DNA from: an uncultured Bacteroidales bacterium
GTDB taxonomy: Bacteria > Bacteroidota > Bacteroidia > Bacteroidales > S143-33
Reading direction: 5' to 3'
NCBI GenBank assembly: GCA_964649975.1
Contig: CAZYSM010000009.1
Coordinates: 478-64,477, forward strand
Length of the DNA: 64,000 nucleotides
The position numbers and the translations under genes were made by a program. How positions within the stretch are numbered: position 1 is the stretch's first letter; each line of letters starts with the position of its first letter. Below are positions 50,175-60,187 of the stretch, one piece after another. A model generated the notes under the pieces. It worked only from the letters and a program-made list of their open reading frames with translations. It did not search any database and was not told the DNA's origin.

Positions 50175-50687
50175 ATGAAAAAGGTATTTTTCTTTGTTTT
50201 GTTAGGACTGATAGCTCTGGGTGGATGTAACAATGGGCAGAAACAGACTTATAAGAAAATAACTGATTCCAGGTCTGGTAAGCCAATGTTAGTGGGAAAG
50301 GTGGGACGTGATGTGCTTTTCTCAGAACCATTCAGGCAGTGGGCACAGCAAGGATATGATGATTATCAGGTGGATACATCTGCTTTGGATACAGTTAAAT
50401 TACCGGACTTCAAAATGGTTATAGTCATGGGCACCTGGTGTCCCGACAGCCGGCGTGAAGTGCCCCGTATGTTCAAAATACTGGATTATTTACATTATCC
50501 TTCCGATAGTGTAGAGATTTATTGTGTGGATAGAAACAAAACTGCTGGTGATTATGATATTAGAGACCTGAATATTGAGCGTATTCCTACATTTATCTTT
50601 TATGTTGGCGGAAAGGAAAAAGGGCGTATCATTGAGTCGCCTCACAAGAGTCTTGAGCAGGATATGGTAGAGATTCTGGTAAAATAA
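50175..50687 (+). CDS. Thioredoxin-family lipoprotein (CxxS)
   Basis: Lipobox LGGC; MGTWCPDSRREVP; IERIPTFIF; E.GRIIESP. Confidence 0.88.
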   Translation: MKKVFFFVLLGLIALGGCNNGQKQTYKKITDSRSGKPMLVGKVGRDVLFSEPFRQWAQQGYDDYQVDTSALDTVKLPDFKMVIVMGTWCPDSRREVPRMFKILDYLHYPSDSVEIYCVDRNKTAGDYDIRDLNIERIPTFIFYVGGKEKGRIIESPHKSLEQDMVEILVK

Positions 50688-50770
50688 CGTTTTCTCATTC
50701 CCCGGCTGACTAATGTCATTGATTTATCCGGAAAGTTTATTGATTTTTCGGATAAAGTTAAACAGGACTT

Positions 50771-51856
50771 ATGTCGGTCGGGGATATTTTAAACAAAAAA
50801 CATCTGACCCGTCGGGACATTGTAAGGCTTTTGCAAACGGACGGGGAGGAACTAAAACAGCTATTTGATCATAGTCGCCGTGTGCGGGAAGAGAACTTTG
50901 GCCGGAGGGTTTATTACCGGGCTATAATTGAATTTTCCAATATTTGCCGCAAGGATTGTTTGTATTGCGGTATCCGCCGGAGCAATACCAGTGTGGTCAG
51001 ATACAGTTTAAATGACAGGCTCATCCTGGATGCTGTGCGTTTTGCTTTTGATAACGGTATTTATTCTATTGTTTTACAGTCTGGTGAACGCACGGATAAG
51101 GATTTTATCCGCCGTGTAGGAAGACTGGTTTCGGAGATAAAACGTATTTCTGGTGGCAAAATTGGTATAACCCTTTCGGTAGGAGAGCAGACTTATCAGA
51201 CCTATAAATACTGGTATGATCTCGGATCTCATAGATACCTGCTGCGTATTGAAGTATCTAACCCGCAAAAATATAGTCTTTATCATCCCAGGGATAAGTT
51301 GCATGATTATCATCAAAGGCTGGAATGTTTGTATTACCTTAAAGATATTGGTTATCAGGTAGGAACAGGGGTGATGATAGGGCTACCGTTCCAGACACTG
51401 GAGGATTTAGCTGACGATTTGTTGTTTTTCCGGGATTTTGATATTGATATGTTGGGCATGGGACCTTATATTGAGCACCATCAGACGCCTTTGTATGAGT
51501 TTAGAGATAAACTTTTGCCTCTTAAAGATAGATTGATGTTAACAATGAAAATGAATGCTATTTTACGCATATTAATGCCGGATATTAATATTGCTGCTAC
51601 CACTGCTTTACAGGCAATAGATCCATTGGGAAGGGAAAAAGCTCTGGATGTGGCTTGTAATGTTATTATGCCTAATGTTACGCCAGACCACAGGAATGAT
51701 TATCTTTTGTATGAAGGTAAGCCTTGCACTGATGAAGGTGGCGATGCTTGCGTGGAATGTCTGAATAAACGGTTGAGAATGTATAATTTGCGTCCTATAA
51801 TGGAGGATTGGGGCGATTCTCCGCATTATTTCCGCAGGATTAAACAACAGGTTTAA
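50771..51856 (+). CDS. hydE: [FeFe]-hydrogenase H-cluster radical SAM maturase HydE
   Basis: IEFSNICRKDCLYCGIRRSN (CxxxCxxC), SIVLQSGE, TLSVGE, RYLLRIE, GMGPYIEH, AATTALQA, NVIMPN, YLLYEGKPC. Confidence 0.88.
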   Translation: MSVGDILNKKHLTRRDIVRLLQTDGEELKQLFDHSRRVREENFGRRVYYRAIIEFSNICRKDCLYCGIRRSNTSVVRYSLNDRLILDAVRFAFDNGIYSIVLQSGERTDKDFIRRVGRLVSEIKRISGGKIGITLSVGEQTYQTYKYWYDLGSHRYLLRIEVSNPQKYSLYHPRDKLHDYHQRLECLYYLKDIGYQVGTGVMIGLPFQTLEDLADDLLFFRDFDIDMLGMGPYIEHHQTPLYEFRDKLLPLKDRLMLTMKMNAILRILMPDINIAATTALQAIDPLGREKALDVACNVIMPNVTPDHRNDYLLYEGKPCTDEGGDACVECLNKRLRMYNLRPIMEDWGDSPHYFRRIKQQV

Positions 51857-51892
51857 AAAAATACGCCGACCACAATGGCCGGCGTATTTTTT
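51855..51892. terminator. Bidirectional terminator between hydE and dpp7
   Basis: AAAAAATACGCCG/CGGCGTATTTTTT. Confidence 0.85.
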
Positions 51893-51893
51893 A

Positions 51894-54101
51894 TTATTCA
51901 ACGATTTTCATTTCGTTGATGAGGCGTTTATCACCACCGTATTTATCAATGAGGAAGAGCACGAAACGGATGTCAACGCATATTGTACGCTGGAGGTCTT
52001 CGTCGTATTCAATATCTCCGCTCATGGCTTCCCAGTTTCCGTCAAAGGCTAGACCTACAAGCTCCCCATTGCCGTTAATAACTGGACTTCCGGAGTTTCC
52101 GCCAGTGATGTCATTGTTTGTAAGGAAACAAGTAACTATTGTGCCAAGTTTTTTATCTGCATAGCGTCCATAGTCCTTTGTTTCAATGAGTTTGCGCAAT
52201 TTTTCTGGAACAATGAATTCTTTTTCGTTTGGTGTGCCTTTGTAATGCTTTTCTTTATCAAGATAAGTGTCAATTACAGTGAAAGGCTTGAAATAGTGTG
52301 TTTTCGGATCATAGGAGTCTGTCGTAGTATAGAAGTCTGGATTAGCCTGATGATAATATCCTTTGACTGTGCCATAAGTAAGACGTTCGGTAGAATTAGC
52401 ATCCGGATAGAACAGATAGTTCGGGTCTTTTTCTTTCATCATTGCCATATAACCCTTCATAAACAGGCGTCTACCTTTTTTGAGTTTGTTATCGTAGGGT
52501 TCTTTTTTGCTCTGGAGGTCAAAATAAGTATTGAGAACTGATCTGGCCAGTTCCATTCCCGGGTCGGCCATAATTTCCTGAATATCGTTTTTCTTGATAG
52601 TATTGATAAAGCGTTCTTTGTCTGTGAGGAAACTTTTGGCATATAGCTCATTGGCATAAGTCTGGAAACCACCTTTTTCTTCAATTGTCTTGAATACATC
52701 CGGATAATACTCAGGTTTTACGTTATCCTTGTATAGCTGGAATAGTTTGATAAACAGTTCTTTATCTACTTCCGGGGTATAGTTTTCAAAGAATTCGTCA
52801 GCATATTTAAGTAATTCTTCCTTGTCTTTTTTAGCTTGCTGAGCGTCAGCCTGTGGATTGAGTGATTGCATAACACGCAGGGCCAGACGTGTGATTTCTG
52901 GACCAAGATAAATAGCTTCAAACCAGTAGTTCATTGCTACGTCAAGGTCTGATCCTTCTTTTATCGCTTCTTTAATCATTTTCAGAGCCTGGCCGTATTC
53001 TGCTTTGCGTTTGGGGTCTGCATTAACCCATTTTTTGAATTCTTTCTGGATTTTCCGTTTTTCTTTAACAACCTTCAGGCGTTTAAGGTCGCGGTTTTGA
53101 CCAATAGAATATTTGTAGTAATTGGAGCTTGAGGCATATTTGGAAGCATACTGCAAGCGGATTTTCGGGTCTTTGTCCATATAGCTTTTGAGGATAGAGA
53201 GCTTTTCTGATCTTACCTTAATACGGATAGCGTTTTCGTGGTTCATTACGTTTTTAACTTCCCATGTTGTCAGATAACGGCTTGTGCTTCCGGGGAAGCC
53301 CATAATTTGTGTGTAATCCCCTTCTTTGAGACCTTTGAGGGAGATAGGCAGATAATATTTTGCTTCCAATGGTATGTTATCCGGTGAATATTCGGCAGGA
53401 CTTCCGTCAGGAGCAGTATAAATACGGAATATAGAGAAGTCGCCAGTATGGCGTGGCCACATCCAGTTGTCAGTATCTCCTCCGAATTTTCCTATTGCCT
53501 CGGGGGGTGCGCCAACCAGACGTACGTCTTTGTAAACCTTGTAAACAAAGAGGAAATACTGGTTACCGTCAAACATTTCTTTGACCTCGGCTTCGTATCC
53601 ATTATCTTTTGTAGCTTCTTTTACCAGACGGTTGGATATCTTGCGGATAACAGCTTCTCTTTCGTTTTCGCTCATCTGGTCATTTACTTCAGCCAGTACT
53701 TTATCGGTGACATCTTCCATCCTTACCAGAAACCAGGCTGTCATACCCGGCACAGGTAATTCTTCTTCGTAGGAAGTAGCCCAGAATCCATCTCGCAGGT
53801 AGTTGTTTTCCAGTGTACTAAGCTGTTGCAGAGCATGATATCCGCAGTGATGGTTCGTAAGCATCAGTCCTTTGGGGGATACCAGTTCCATTGTACACAT
53901 TCCGTGGTTCATTGCTGCCACGGCGTCTTTCATACTGGAGTGGTTAATACTGTAAATGTCTTCCGGGGTCAATTTGAACCCCAGGGCTTTCATTTGTTGA
54001 TAGTTTTTTCCGATGAGGGAAAGTAGCCACATCCCTTCATCCGCACGTGCGGACGAGAAAACAAGTACAAAAGCAATAAGTATTGTCAGTAGCTTTTTCA
54101 T
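51894..54101 (-). CDS. dpp7: S46 family dipeptidyl peptidase, DPP7-type
   Basis: ADEGMWL, TNHHC, DNWMWPRHTGDF, TGGNSGSPV; FDGNWE (Gly, DPP7-type, not the DRN of DPP11). Confidence 0.9.
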   Translation of the reverse strand: MKKLLTILIAFVLVFSSARADEGMWLLSLIGKNYQQMKALGFKLTPEDIYSINHSSMKDAVAAMNHGMCTMELVSPKGLMLTNHHCGYHALQQLSTLENNYLRDGFWATSYEEELPVPGMTAWFLVRMEDVTDKVLAEVNDQMSENEREAVIRKISNRLVKEATKDNGYEAEVKEMFDGNQYFLFVYKVYKDVRLVGAPPEAIGKFGGDTDNWMWPRHTGDFSIFRIYTAPDGSPAEYSPDNIPLEAKYYLPISLKGLKEGDYTQIMGFPGSTSRYLTTWEVKNVMNHENAIRIKVRSEKLSILKSYMDKDPKIRLQYASKYASSSNYYKYSIGQNRDLKRLKVVKEKRKIQKEFKKWVNADPKRKAEYGQALKMIKEAIKEGSDLDVAMNYWFEAIYLGPEITRLALRVMQSLNPQADAQQAKKDKEELLKYADEFFENYTPEVDKELFIKLFQLYKDNVKPEYYPDVFKTIEEKGGFQTYANELYAKSFLTDKERFINTIKKNDIQEIMADPGMELARSVLNTYFDLQSKKEPYDNKLKKGRRLFMKGYMAMMKEKDPNYLFYPDANSTERLTYGTVKGYYHQANPDFYTTTDSYDPKTHYFKPFTVIDTYLDKEKHYKGTPNEKEFIVPEKLRKLIETKDYGRYADKKLGTIVTCFLTNNDITGGNSGSPVINGNGELVGLAFDGNWEAMSGDIEYDEDLQRTICVDIRFVLFLIDKYGGDKRLINEMKIVE

Positions 54102-54302
54102 AATGGTAATTTTACAGTTTAATGATTATTTCCTAACAAAGGTAATTGCTTATTGATTTCTATGAAAACTTTTGAAATAAAAAATAAAAAAAATTTAGGC
54201 AGTGTTTTAAAATTCAAAAAGTTTCTTAATTTTGTGGACTAAATGTGCAGAAGTGAAAATAATTTCATAATAGGCAAAATTAAAAGTTAAAAGAAAAGGA
54301 TT

Positions 54303-56459
54303 ATGAAAGTTTACAAAACACAAGACATTAGGAATATTGCTCTTGTCGGTAGTGCTGGTTCGGGTAAAACCATTCTGGCCGAAACTATGGCTTATGCTGG
54401 AGGTGTTATTACCCGTAGAGGAGAGGTAGAAAAGCATAACACCATCTCTGATTTCAAGGAAGTTGAGCACAATCAAGAGCATTCGGTTTACACTTCATTA
54501 CTTTATGCTCCGTGGAAGGATAAAAAAATTAATATTCTGGACGCCCCGGGTAATGACGATTTTATCGGTGGCGCCGTTACTGCTATACATGTGGCTGATA
54601 CAGTGGTATTGGTACTCAACGCTCAAAACGGAGTAGAGGTTGGAGCAGAGAATGCATGGCGTTTTGCTGCTGATAAAAATAAGCCTGTTATTTTGCTGGT
54701 AAATCATCTTGACCACGAGACTGTTAATTTTGAGAAAACTATTGAGGAGGCCAAGGAATATTTGAGTTCCAAGGCTGTGTTGTTGCAGTATCCGGTTAAT
54801 CCCGGTTCTGGTTTTGATGCTGTTGTGGACTTGCTAAAAATGAAGATGTTGAAATGGGAAGGTGACGGAGGAGATGCTCAGGAATTGGACATCCCGGATA
54901 GTGAAAAAGATAAGGCTGAAGATCTGCGTGAAAAATTGATTGAGGCTGCTGCTGAAGCTGACGAAAGCCTCATGGAAAAATATTTTGAGGAAGGCACTTT
55001 GAGCGAAGAAGAATTGATGAACGGACTGCGTCAGGGGTTTATTAATCGTGAAATTTTCCCAATTTTCTGTTCGTCTGCCAAAAAAGATTATGGTGTACGC
55101 CGTTTGATGGACTTTATTGTTAATGTTGCTCCGGCTCCTAACGAGATGCCCCCTGCTAAAACTGTTGACGGAAAAGAAGTACCTGTTGATCCCGAAGCTC
55201 CAACTTCTTTGTTTATTTTCAAGACTACCAGTGAGCATCATGTTGGCGATGTTCTTTTCTTTAAGGTGATGAGCGGAAAGCTTACTGAGAACCAGGATTT
55301 GATTAATCAGCAGAAGCAGTCAAAGGAACGTGTGGCTCAGATTTTTGTTAACCTTGGAGGTAAACGTGATAAAGTATCTGAGATGTATGCCGGAGACCTC
55401 GGATCTACAGTAAAACTCAAGGATACCAAGACAGGACATACACTTACAGAGAAAGGTGTTGATTGGAAATTCCCGGAGATTGAATATCCTGAACCAAAAT
55501 ATTGGATTGCTATTAAAGCCGAAAACGAATCTGACGAGGAAAAACTGGCTGCTATTTTATACAAACTCCACGAAGAAGACCCAACCTTCCTTGTAGAATA
55601 TTCCAAGGAATTACGTCAGATGATATTGCGTGGTCAGGGCGAACACCATATCAATACTATGAAATGGCTTCTGGACAATATCTATAAGATACCTACGCAG
55701 TTTGTTCCTGCCCGTATTCCTTACCGTGAAACTGTTACCAAGCCGGCATGGGCACAGTATCGTCATAAGAAACAGTCTGGTGGTGCAGGTCAGTTTGGTG
55801 AGGTACATCTGATTGTTGAACCATACGAGGAAGGTAAGCCTGACCCAACAGGATTTAAGTTCCCTGACCGTGAAATCACACTGACAATCAAGGGTAAAGA
55901 GGAATTTGACCTTGATTGGGGCGGAAAATTTGTATTCTATAACTGCGTTGTGGGTGGTGCTATTGACAAAAACTTTATGCCTGCAATTATCAAGGGTATT
56001 TTTGAAAAGCTGGAGAACTCCCCACTTACAGGTAGTTTTGTACGTGACGTGAGAGTTATTGTTTTTGACGGAAAAATGCACCCAGTAGACTCCAACGAAG
56101 TATCTTTCAAACTGGCCGGACGTAATGCTTTTGACCTGGCATTCCGTGAGGCTAATCCCAAGATACTTGAGCCTATTTATGAGGTTAATATCCGTGTGCC
56201 AAGTGAGAACGTTGGTGATGTTATGAGTGATTTGAACACTCGTCGTGCTATTATTGAAGACCAGAGCGCAGAAGGTCGTTATACTGTCATAAAGGCTAAG
56301 GTGCCTCTGGCAGAAATGGAACGTTATTCCACTTCACTTAGCTCTCTCACCAGCGGACGTGGTACTTATACTATGAAATTCTCGCATTACGCACAGGTAC
56401 CTCCCAACGTTCAGGAGGAACTGGTTAAAAAGCTCTCGGAGCAAAATGCTAATAACTAA
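54303..56459 (+). CDS. fusA2: Elongation factor G paralog (EF-G2)
   Basis: Divergent G motifs GSAGSGKT, DAPG, NHLD; PYRET, HKKQSGGAGQFG, DGKMHPVDS; domain IV insertion. Confidence 0.9.
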   Translation: MKVYKTQDIRNIALVGSAGSGKTILAETMAYAGGVITRRGEVEKHNTISDFKEVEHNQEHSVYTSLLYAPWKDKKINILDAPGNDDFIGGAVTAIHVADTVVLVLNAQNGVEVGAENAWRFAADKNKPVILLVNHLDHETVNFEKTIEEAKEYLSSKAVLLQYPVNPGSGFDAVVDLLKMKMLKWEGDGGDAQELDIPDSEKDKAEDLREKLIEAAAEADESLMEKYFEEGTLSEEELMNGLRQGFINREIFPIFCSSAKKDYGVRRLMDFIVNVAPAPNEMPPAKTVDGKEVPVDPEAPTSLFIFKTTSEHHVGDVLFFKVMSGKLTENQDLINQQKQSKERVAQIFVNLGGKRDKVSEMYAGDLGSTVKLKDTKTGHTLTEKGVDWKFPEIEYPEPKYWIAIKAENESDEEKLAAILYKLHEEDPTFLVEYSKELRQMILRGQGEHHINTMKWLLDNIYKIPTQFVPARIPYRETVTKPAWAQYRHKKQSGGAGQFGEVHLIVEPYEEGKPDPTGFKFPDREITLTIKGKEEFDLDWGGKFVFYNCVVGGAIDKNFMPAIIKGIFEKLENSPLTGSFVRDVRVIVFDGKMHPVDSNEVSFKLAGRNAFDLAFREANPKILEPIYEVNIRVPSENVGDVMSDLNTRRAIIEDQSAEGRYTVIKAKVPLAEMERYSTSLSSLTSGRGTYTMKFSHYAQVPPNVQEELVKKLSEQNANN

Positions 56460-56460
56460 C

Positions 56461-56488
56461 AAAAAAGCGGCCGTAAGGCCGCTTTTTT
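56461..56488. terminator. Bidirectional terminator
   Basis: AAAAAAGCGGCC-GTAA-GGCCGCTTTTTT. Confidence 0.9.
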
Positions 56489-56511
56489 GTTTTGTCTTAT
56501 CCTTTTTGCTG

Positions 56512-57216
56512 CTATTTTTCTGTGGCAAGTTTTAATGCTGTGTAGTCGGTATCAATAACAGTGAAGTTAAGTATTTCCTGCTTTTCGTTTACAAAAGGAA
56601 TAATTTTGCGTTGTATCCATATTTTTTCGCCTTTTTCGTTAGTCATTTGCGCGGTAAACTGTACCGGAATTTTTTCCTTTTTGCATTTATCCAGCATACT
56701 TTTGATATTCGGGTCTTTGGTCTCAAAAATATTTGTTTCTTTTTCCTCAGGATTAAAACCGAAAATTTTTTCAAAGCTTTTGTTTGCCCAGATTATTTTT
56801 CCATTTTCATCGGCTATTGAAACGGCATCAGAGGTGTTGTTGAGTATCAGGCTTAGTTTATCAATTTGCAGTTGGCGTATTTGGATTTCTCTTTCACTGT
56901 CTTTCAGGATTTTAATAATCTGTTTGAGTTTTGTATATGCTATGAAGAAAAGCAAAATAAGCATGAATGTCATAAAGATAAAGGCTACAAGAAAGATATT
57001 TTTGAGGAATTTCTGGGTCTGAAGTTCTGTTTTTAGCATAAATGTCTCATCCAGAGAGCTTTGTTTGAGGGCATTAATATCCACCAGGGAATCCTGATCC
57101 AGTCCGTAACCTTTAATTGCGCTATCCGCAGCCAGAGTATCTGCGGGTTTCTGAGCGGATAATCCTGTTATTGATAATGTAAAAGCAATAATCAGCGATA
57201 GCAGGGTCTTTTTCAT
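56512..57216 (-). CDS. Signal peptide + TM + single PAS domain protein
   Basis: MKKTLLSLIIAFTLSITGLSAQ; TM; LSLILNNTSDAVSIADENGKIIWANKSFEKIFG; KGEKIWIQ. Confidence 0.85.
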   Translation of the reverse strand: MKKTLLSLIIAFTLSITGLSAQKPADTLAADSAIKGYGLDQDSLVDINALKQSSLDETFMLKTELQTQKFLKNIFLVAFIFMTFMLILLFFIAYTKLKQIIKILKDSEREIQIRQLQIDKLSLILNNTSDAVSIADENGKIIWANKSFEKIFGFNPEEKETNIFETKDPNIKSMLDKCKKEKIPVQFTAQMTNEKGEKIWIQRKIIPFVNEKQEILNFTVIDTDYTALKLATEK

Positions 57217-57220
57217 AGTC

Positions 57221-59554
57221 TTATTTTTTCTCGTTTTGGTTTTGAATTTCTTTGATATCTGTCCCAATGATAATAATTTTTTGTATTTCGTCGTCATAGA
57301 TAATGGGCACGAATTCCAGAGTAACAGAAATTTTTTGTTCACCCACAGTGATATTACCTTTGATTCTTCGTGTGCCGGTTTTGGCAATATCTTCAATGAG
57401 TTTGTCAAAGTCTATCTCAGAAGCAAATCCTGGCATTACAGTGAGGAAGTGTCTGTTAACAATGGACTGACGTTGTTTCTTTAGTAGTTTGGTAAAGTTT
57501 TCATTTACTTCAAGGAAATAGCCTTCAGGCGTCATTTCGCCTACCACAGCGATTTCATTGAGAGCTTTAACAATAGCCTCCAGCTCTTGTGTCTTTTTCC
57601 TCAATTCTTCCTGGGTAGCTCTCATTTCTTCAAGATTTTGTCTCATTTCCTCTTCCTGGGCTGCCAGTTCTTGCGACCTTGTTCTCAGCTGGTTAACAAG
57701 CTGTTGTGTACGGATTGTGATTTTCAGGTTTGCTATTGTAGAAGCTACACTTACGCCTATACGTTCAATAAATCTGCGCACGTGAGGTTTATATCCTTCA
57801 AAAGCAGCCAGTTCCACTACTGCATAGATTATCTCGTTGAATTTGAATGGTACAATCAAGAGGGAATTAGGATGGCGGTCTCCCAGTCCTGAGCTGATAC
57901 TCAGGTAATCTTCCGGCACCTCTGTTATGTATATGGTTTCGCTCTCAAGCACGGCACGGCCAATGAGACCTACACCATATGGAATTTTTTTCTCAAGGAA
58001 TTTCCTTCGTCCATAAGCATACGCTGCTACCAGTTCAATGTATTTTTCCTCGGGGTTGTCATCATTGATGATGAACAGGCCGCCCTGCACCGACCCGGTA
58101 TATTTAACAAGATTGCTAATGACCTGATAAGCCAGCTCTTCAAGGTTCTGGTTGTATTCACGCAATATTTGTGCAAAGAGGTTTTCACCCTGGATGAGCC
58201 AGTTTTGGATTTCTTCCTCTTGTTTACGTTTCATTTCTTCAATGCGTGATATTTGCAGGCTTCGTTTCATATCTAAGAAAGCCTGTGTCAGGACATCCTC
58301 ATCACTAAGTTTTTCTATTTGGGCATCCAGGTTTCCTTTACCTATCTCTTTGGCAAACTGCGTCAGTCGCATAAGGTTATCTATCAGCTGGTTAATGCTT
58401 TGAGCAACAATACCCATTTCGTTTTGGGCCCTGATATCCAGTTTCAGCGACTGACCAATATGTCCCTGTGCCAGTTTTTCCATTGAATGACGGATAAGAG
58501 ACAGAAACCTGGTTAGAGACGAGGATACCAGATAAGAGAATATAAGTAGTAATAATAGCAAAATAATAGATATAGTCAAAGACAGGCGTATAATCCGTCG
58601 TACAGGGTCAAGTAGTATTTTTTCCGGGATAACGTGCCCCAGATACCATGGTTTCTCAAAGTTACCTATTCTTACAGGATAGAACGAAACATGATATTTA
58701 TTTCCGTCTTTATCTTTGTAAATAAAGGAGAAAGCTTCCTTTTTTTCAAAGTGGGGAACAATATATTTGGTATAATATTGGTCAGAGAAAAAGTCAGTAA
58801 TAGGACGGTTAGTATAATCCTGGTGATTGGTAAAGGCAATGAATTTATTTTCCTGGGATACCAGGAAGTTATCCACATAATTAAACGGACGTATATCAAT
58901 CAGCAGCCTGTAGAAATATCCCAGGTCAATATCTGAAACAACCAACCCTTCAAACTGACCGTTGTCCAGAATAGGCGTGAAGAAACTTGTCATCAGGATG
59001 GGAGCCTGGCTGGGAGTATATTGATAATAGTATGGCTCGGTCATACCTTCTTGCTTACTAATCTTGTATTTATAGTAAAGTCCTGTAATGTTTTCACCCT
59101 GTGTTTCCAGTGTGTCAATCTGGCTGATAACTTTTCCTCCTAATTTGTAATATTCATAACGTATTCGTCCGTAAACATTGGGATTATGTGTTAAAGCGCT
59201 AATTTCCCAGTTTGTACCCAGAGCCAGGAAGGCTGGATATTTATATAGAATGTCGCTATAAAATTTTTGTTGGAATTCAAGATAGGCTTGTTCGTTTTTT
59301 TCTGTGGTTCTAATGCTCTTTTCCGCATATTTTATTGTGCGTAGTACTTCCAGATGTTGATTCAAAATCTGACTGAAGTATAGGGAAGATACACTAAGAA
59401 CATTATTAGTGTATTTAATAGTGGTTTTGTAAGTGTCTTTGTAGGCATAGAAAATAATGATAGTCAGAGCTATAAGGTAAGTGACAACCGATATTAATGT
59501 CAATCCCAGTATTATTCGGGCTCTAAGGCTAAGTTTTCTGATGTTTAGCGCCAT
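57221..59554 (-). CDS. Cache - HAMP - GAF - coiled coil - PAS receptor without kinase or MCP output domain
   Basis: TM; TEPYYY and TPIL..G.F.GLV..DI (dCache); TM; NEMG...SIN.L (HAMP); AYGRRK...GVGLIG...SSGLG (GAF); AQEEEMRQNLEEMRATQEE; PAS. The start could be 59587. Confidence 0.88.
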   Translation of the reverse strand: MALNIRKLSLRARIILGLTLISVVTYLIALTIIIFYAYKDTYKTTIKYTNNVLSVSSLYFSQILNQHLEVLRTIKYAEKSIRTTEKNEQAYLEFQQKFYSDILYKYPAFLALGTNWEISALTHNPNVYGRIRYEYYKLGGKVISQIDTLETQGENITGLYYKYKISKQEGMTEPYYYQYTPSQAPILMTSFFTPILDNGQFEGLVVSDIDLGYFYRLLIDIRPFNYVDNFLVSQENKFIAFTNHQDYTNRPITDFFSDQYYTKYIVPHFEKKEAFSFIYKDKDGNKYHVSFYPVRIGNFEKPWYLGHVIPEKILLDPVRRIIRLSLTISIILLLLLLIFSYLVSSSLTRFLSLIRHSMEKLAQGHIGQSLKLDIRAQNEMGIVAQSINQLIDNLMRLTQFAKEIGKGNLDAQIEKLSDEDVLTQAFLDMKRSLQISRIEEMKRKQEEEIQNWLIQGENLFAQILREYNQNLEELAYQVISNLVKYTGSVQGGLFIINDDNPEEKYIELVAAYAYGRRKFLEKKIPYGVGLIGRAVLESETIYITEVPEDYLSISSGLGDRHPNSLLIVPFKFNEIIYAVVELAAFEGYKPHVRRFIERIGVSVASTIANLKITIRTQQLVNQLRTRSQELAAQEEEMRQNLEEMRATQEELRKKTQELEAIVKALNEIAVVGEMTPEGYFLEVNENFTKLLKKQRQSIVNRHFLTVMPGFASEIDFDKLIEDIAKTGTRRIKGNITVGEQKISVTLEFVPIIYDDEIQKIIIIGTDIKEIQNQNEKK

Positions 59555-59593
59555 AAAAGGAAAATTTTTGTTATACCTCAAATTCAAATTTAA

Positions 59594-60187
59594 TTATAAT
59601 AAGCTATGAATCAAAAAAAACTTGTGCAAATTTAATACCTGAGGCAGAATGGGGGTGAATTTGTCATTGATTATTATAAAGTCGGCCATTGCAATTTTCT
59701 TTTTTTCATCCATTTGAGAATTTATTCTTTTACGTATTTGTGCTGCAGTTTTTTTATCTCTGGCAATAGTTCGTGATATTCTTTCCTCTAACGGAGCGAA
59801 GACCTCTATGGTGAAATCAAGCTTTTTATGGTTTCCTGATTCAAAAATAAGAGCGGATTCTTTTATTACATAAGGAGATTTTTGTTTTTCAGCCCATTGT
59901 TCAAAATCCTTCTCTACAGCCGGGTGGACAATGGAATTCATTATTTGTAGTTTTGTTTTGTCGGAAAAAATTATCCTGGCAATTTTTTCTTTATCCAATT
60001 CTCCTGCGGATGTATAGATATTGCCAAAAGCTCCGATTAATTGTTTTTTTACTTCCGGGTTATTTTTCATCAGGTATTTGGCACGGAGGTCACTGTTATA
60101 TATCGGTATGCCCAGTGTCCGGAATAATTCGCACACAAGGGTTTTCCCCGAACCAATGCCACCTGTTATGCCTACTTTTAATTTCAT
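59594..60187 (-). CDS. coaE: Dephospho-CoA kinase
   Basis: GITGGIGSGKT, NSIVHPAV, KESALIFE, R..SQM. Confidence 0.96.
   Translation of the reverse strand: MKLKVGITGGIGSGKTLVCELFRTLGIPIYNSDLRAKYLMKNNPEVKKQLIGAFGNIYTSAGELDKEKIARIIFSDKTKLQIMNSIVHPAVEKDFEQWAEKQKSPYVIKESALIFESGNHKKLDFTIEVFAPLEERISRTIARDKKTAAQIRKRINSQMDEKKKIAMADFIIINDKFTPILPQVLNLHKFFLIHSLL

Noticed and set aside
57217-57408. Extended N-terminus of the 298-aa ORF call 56512-57408
   Set aside because: It overlaps the upstream gene; the signal peptide begins at ATG 57216.
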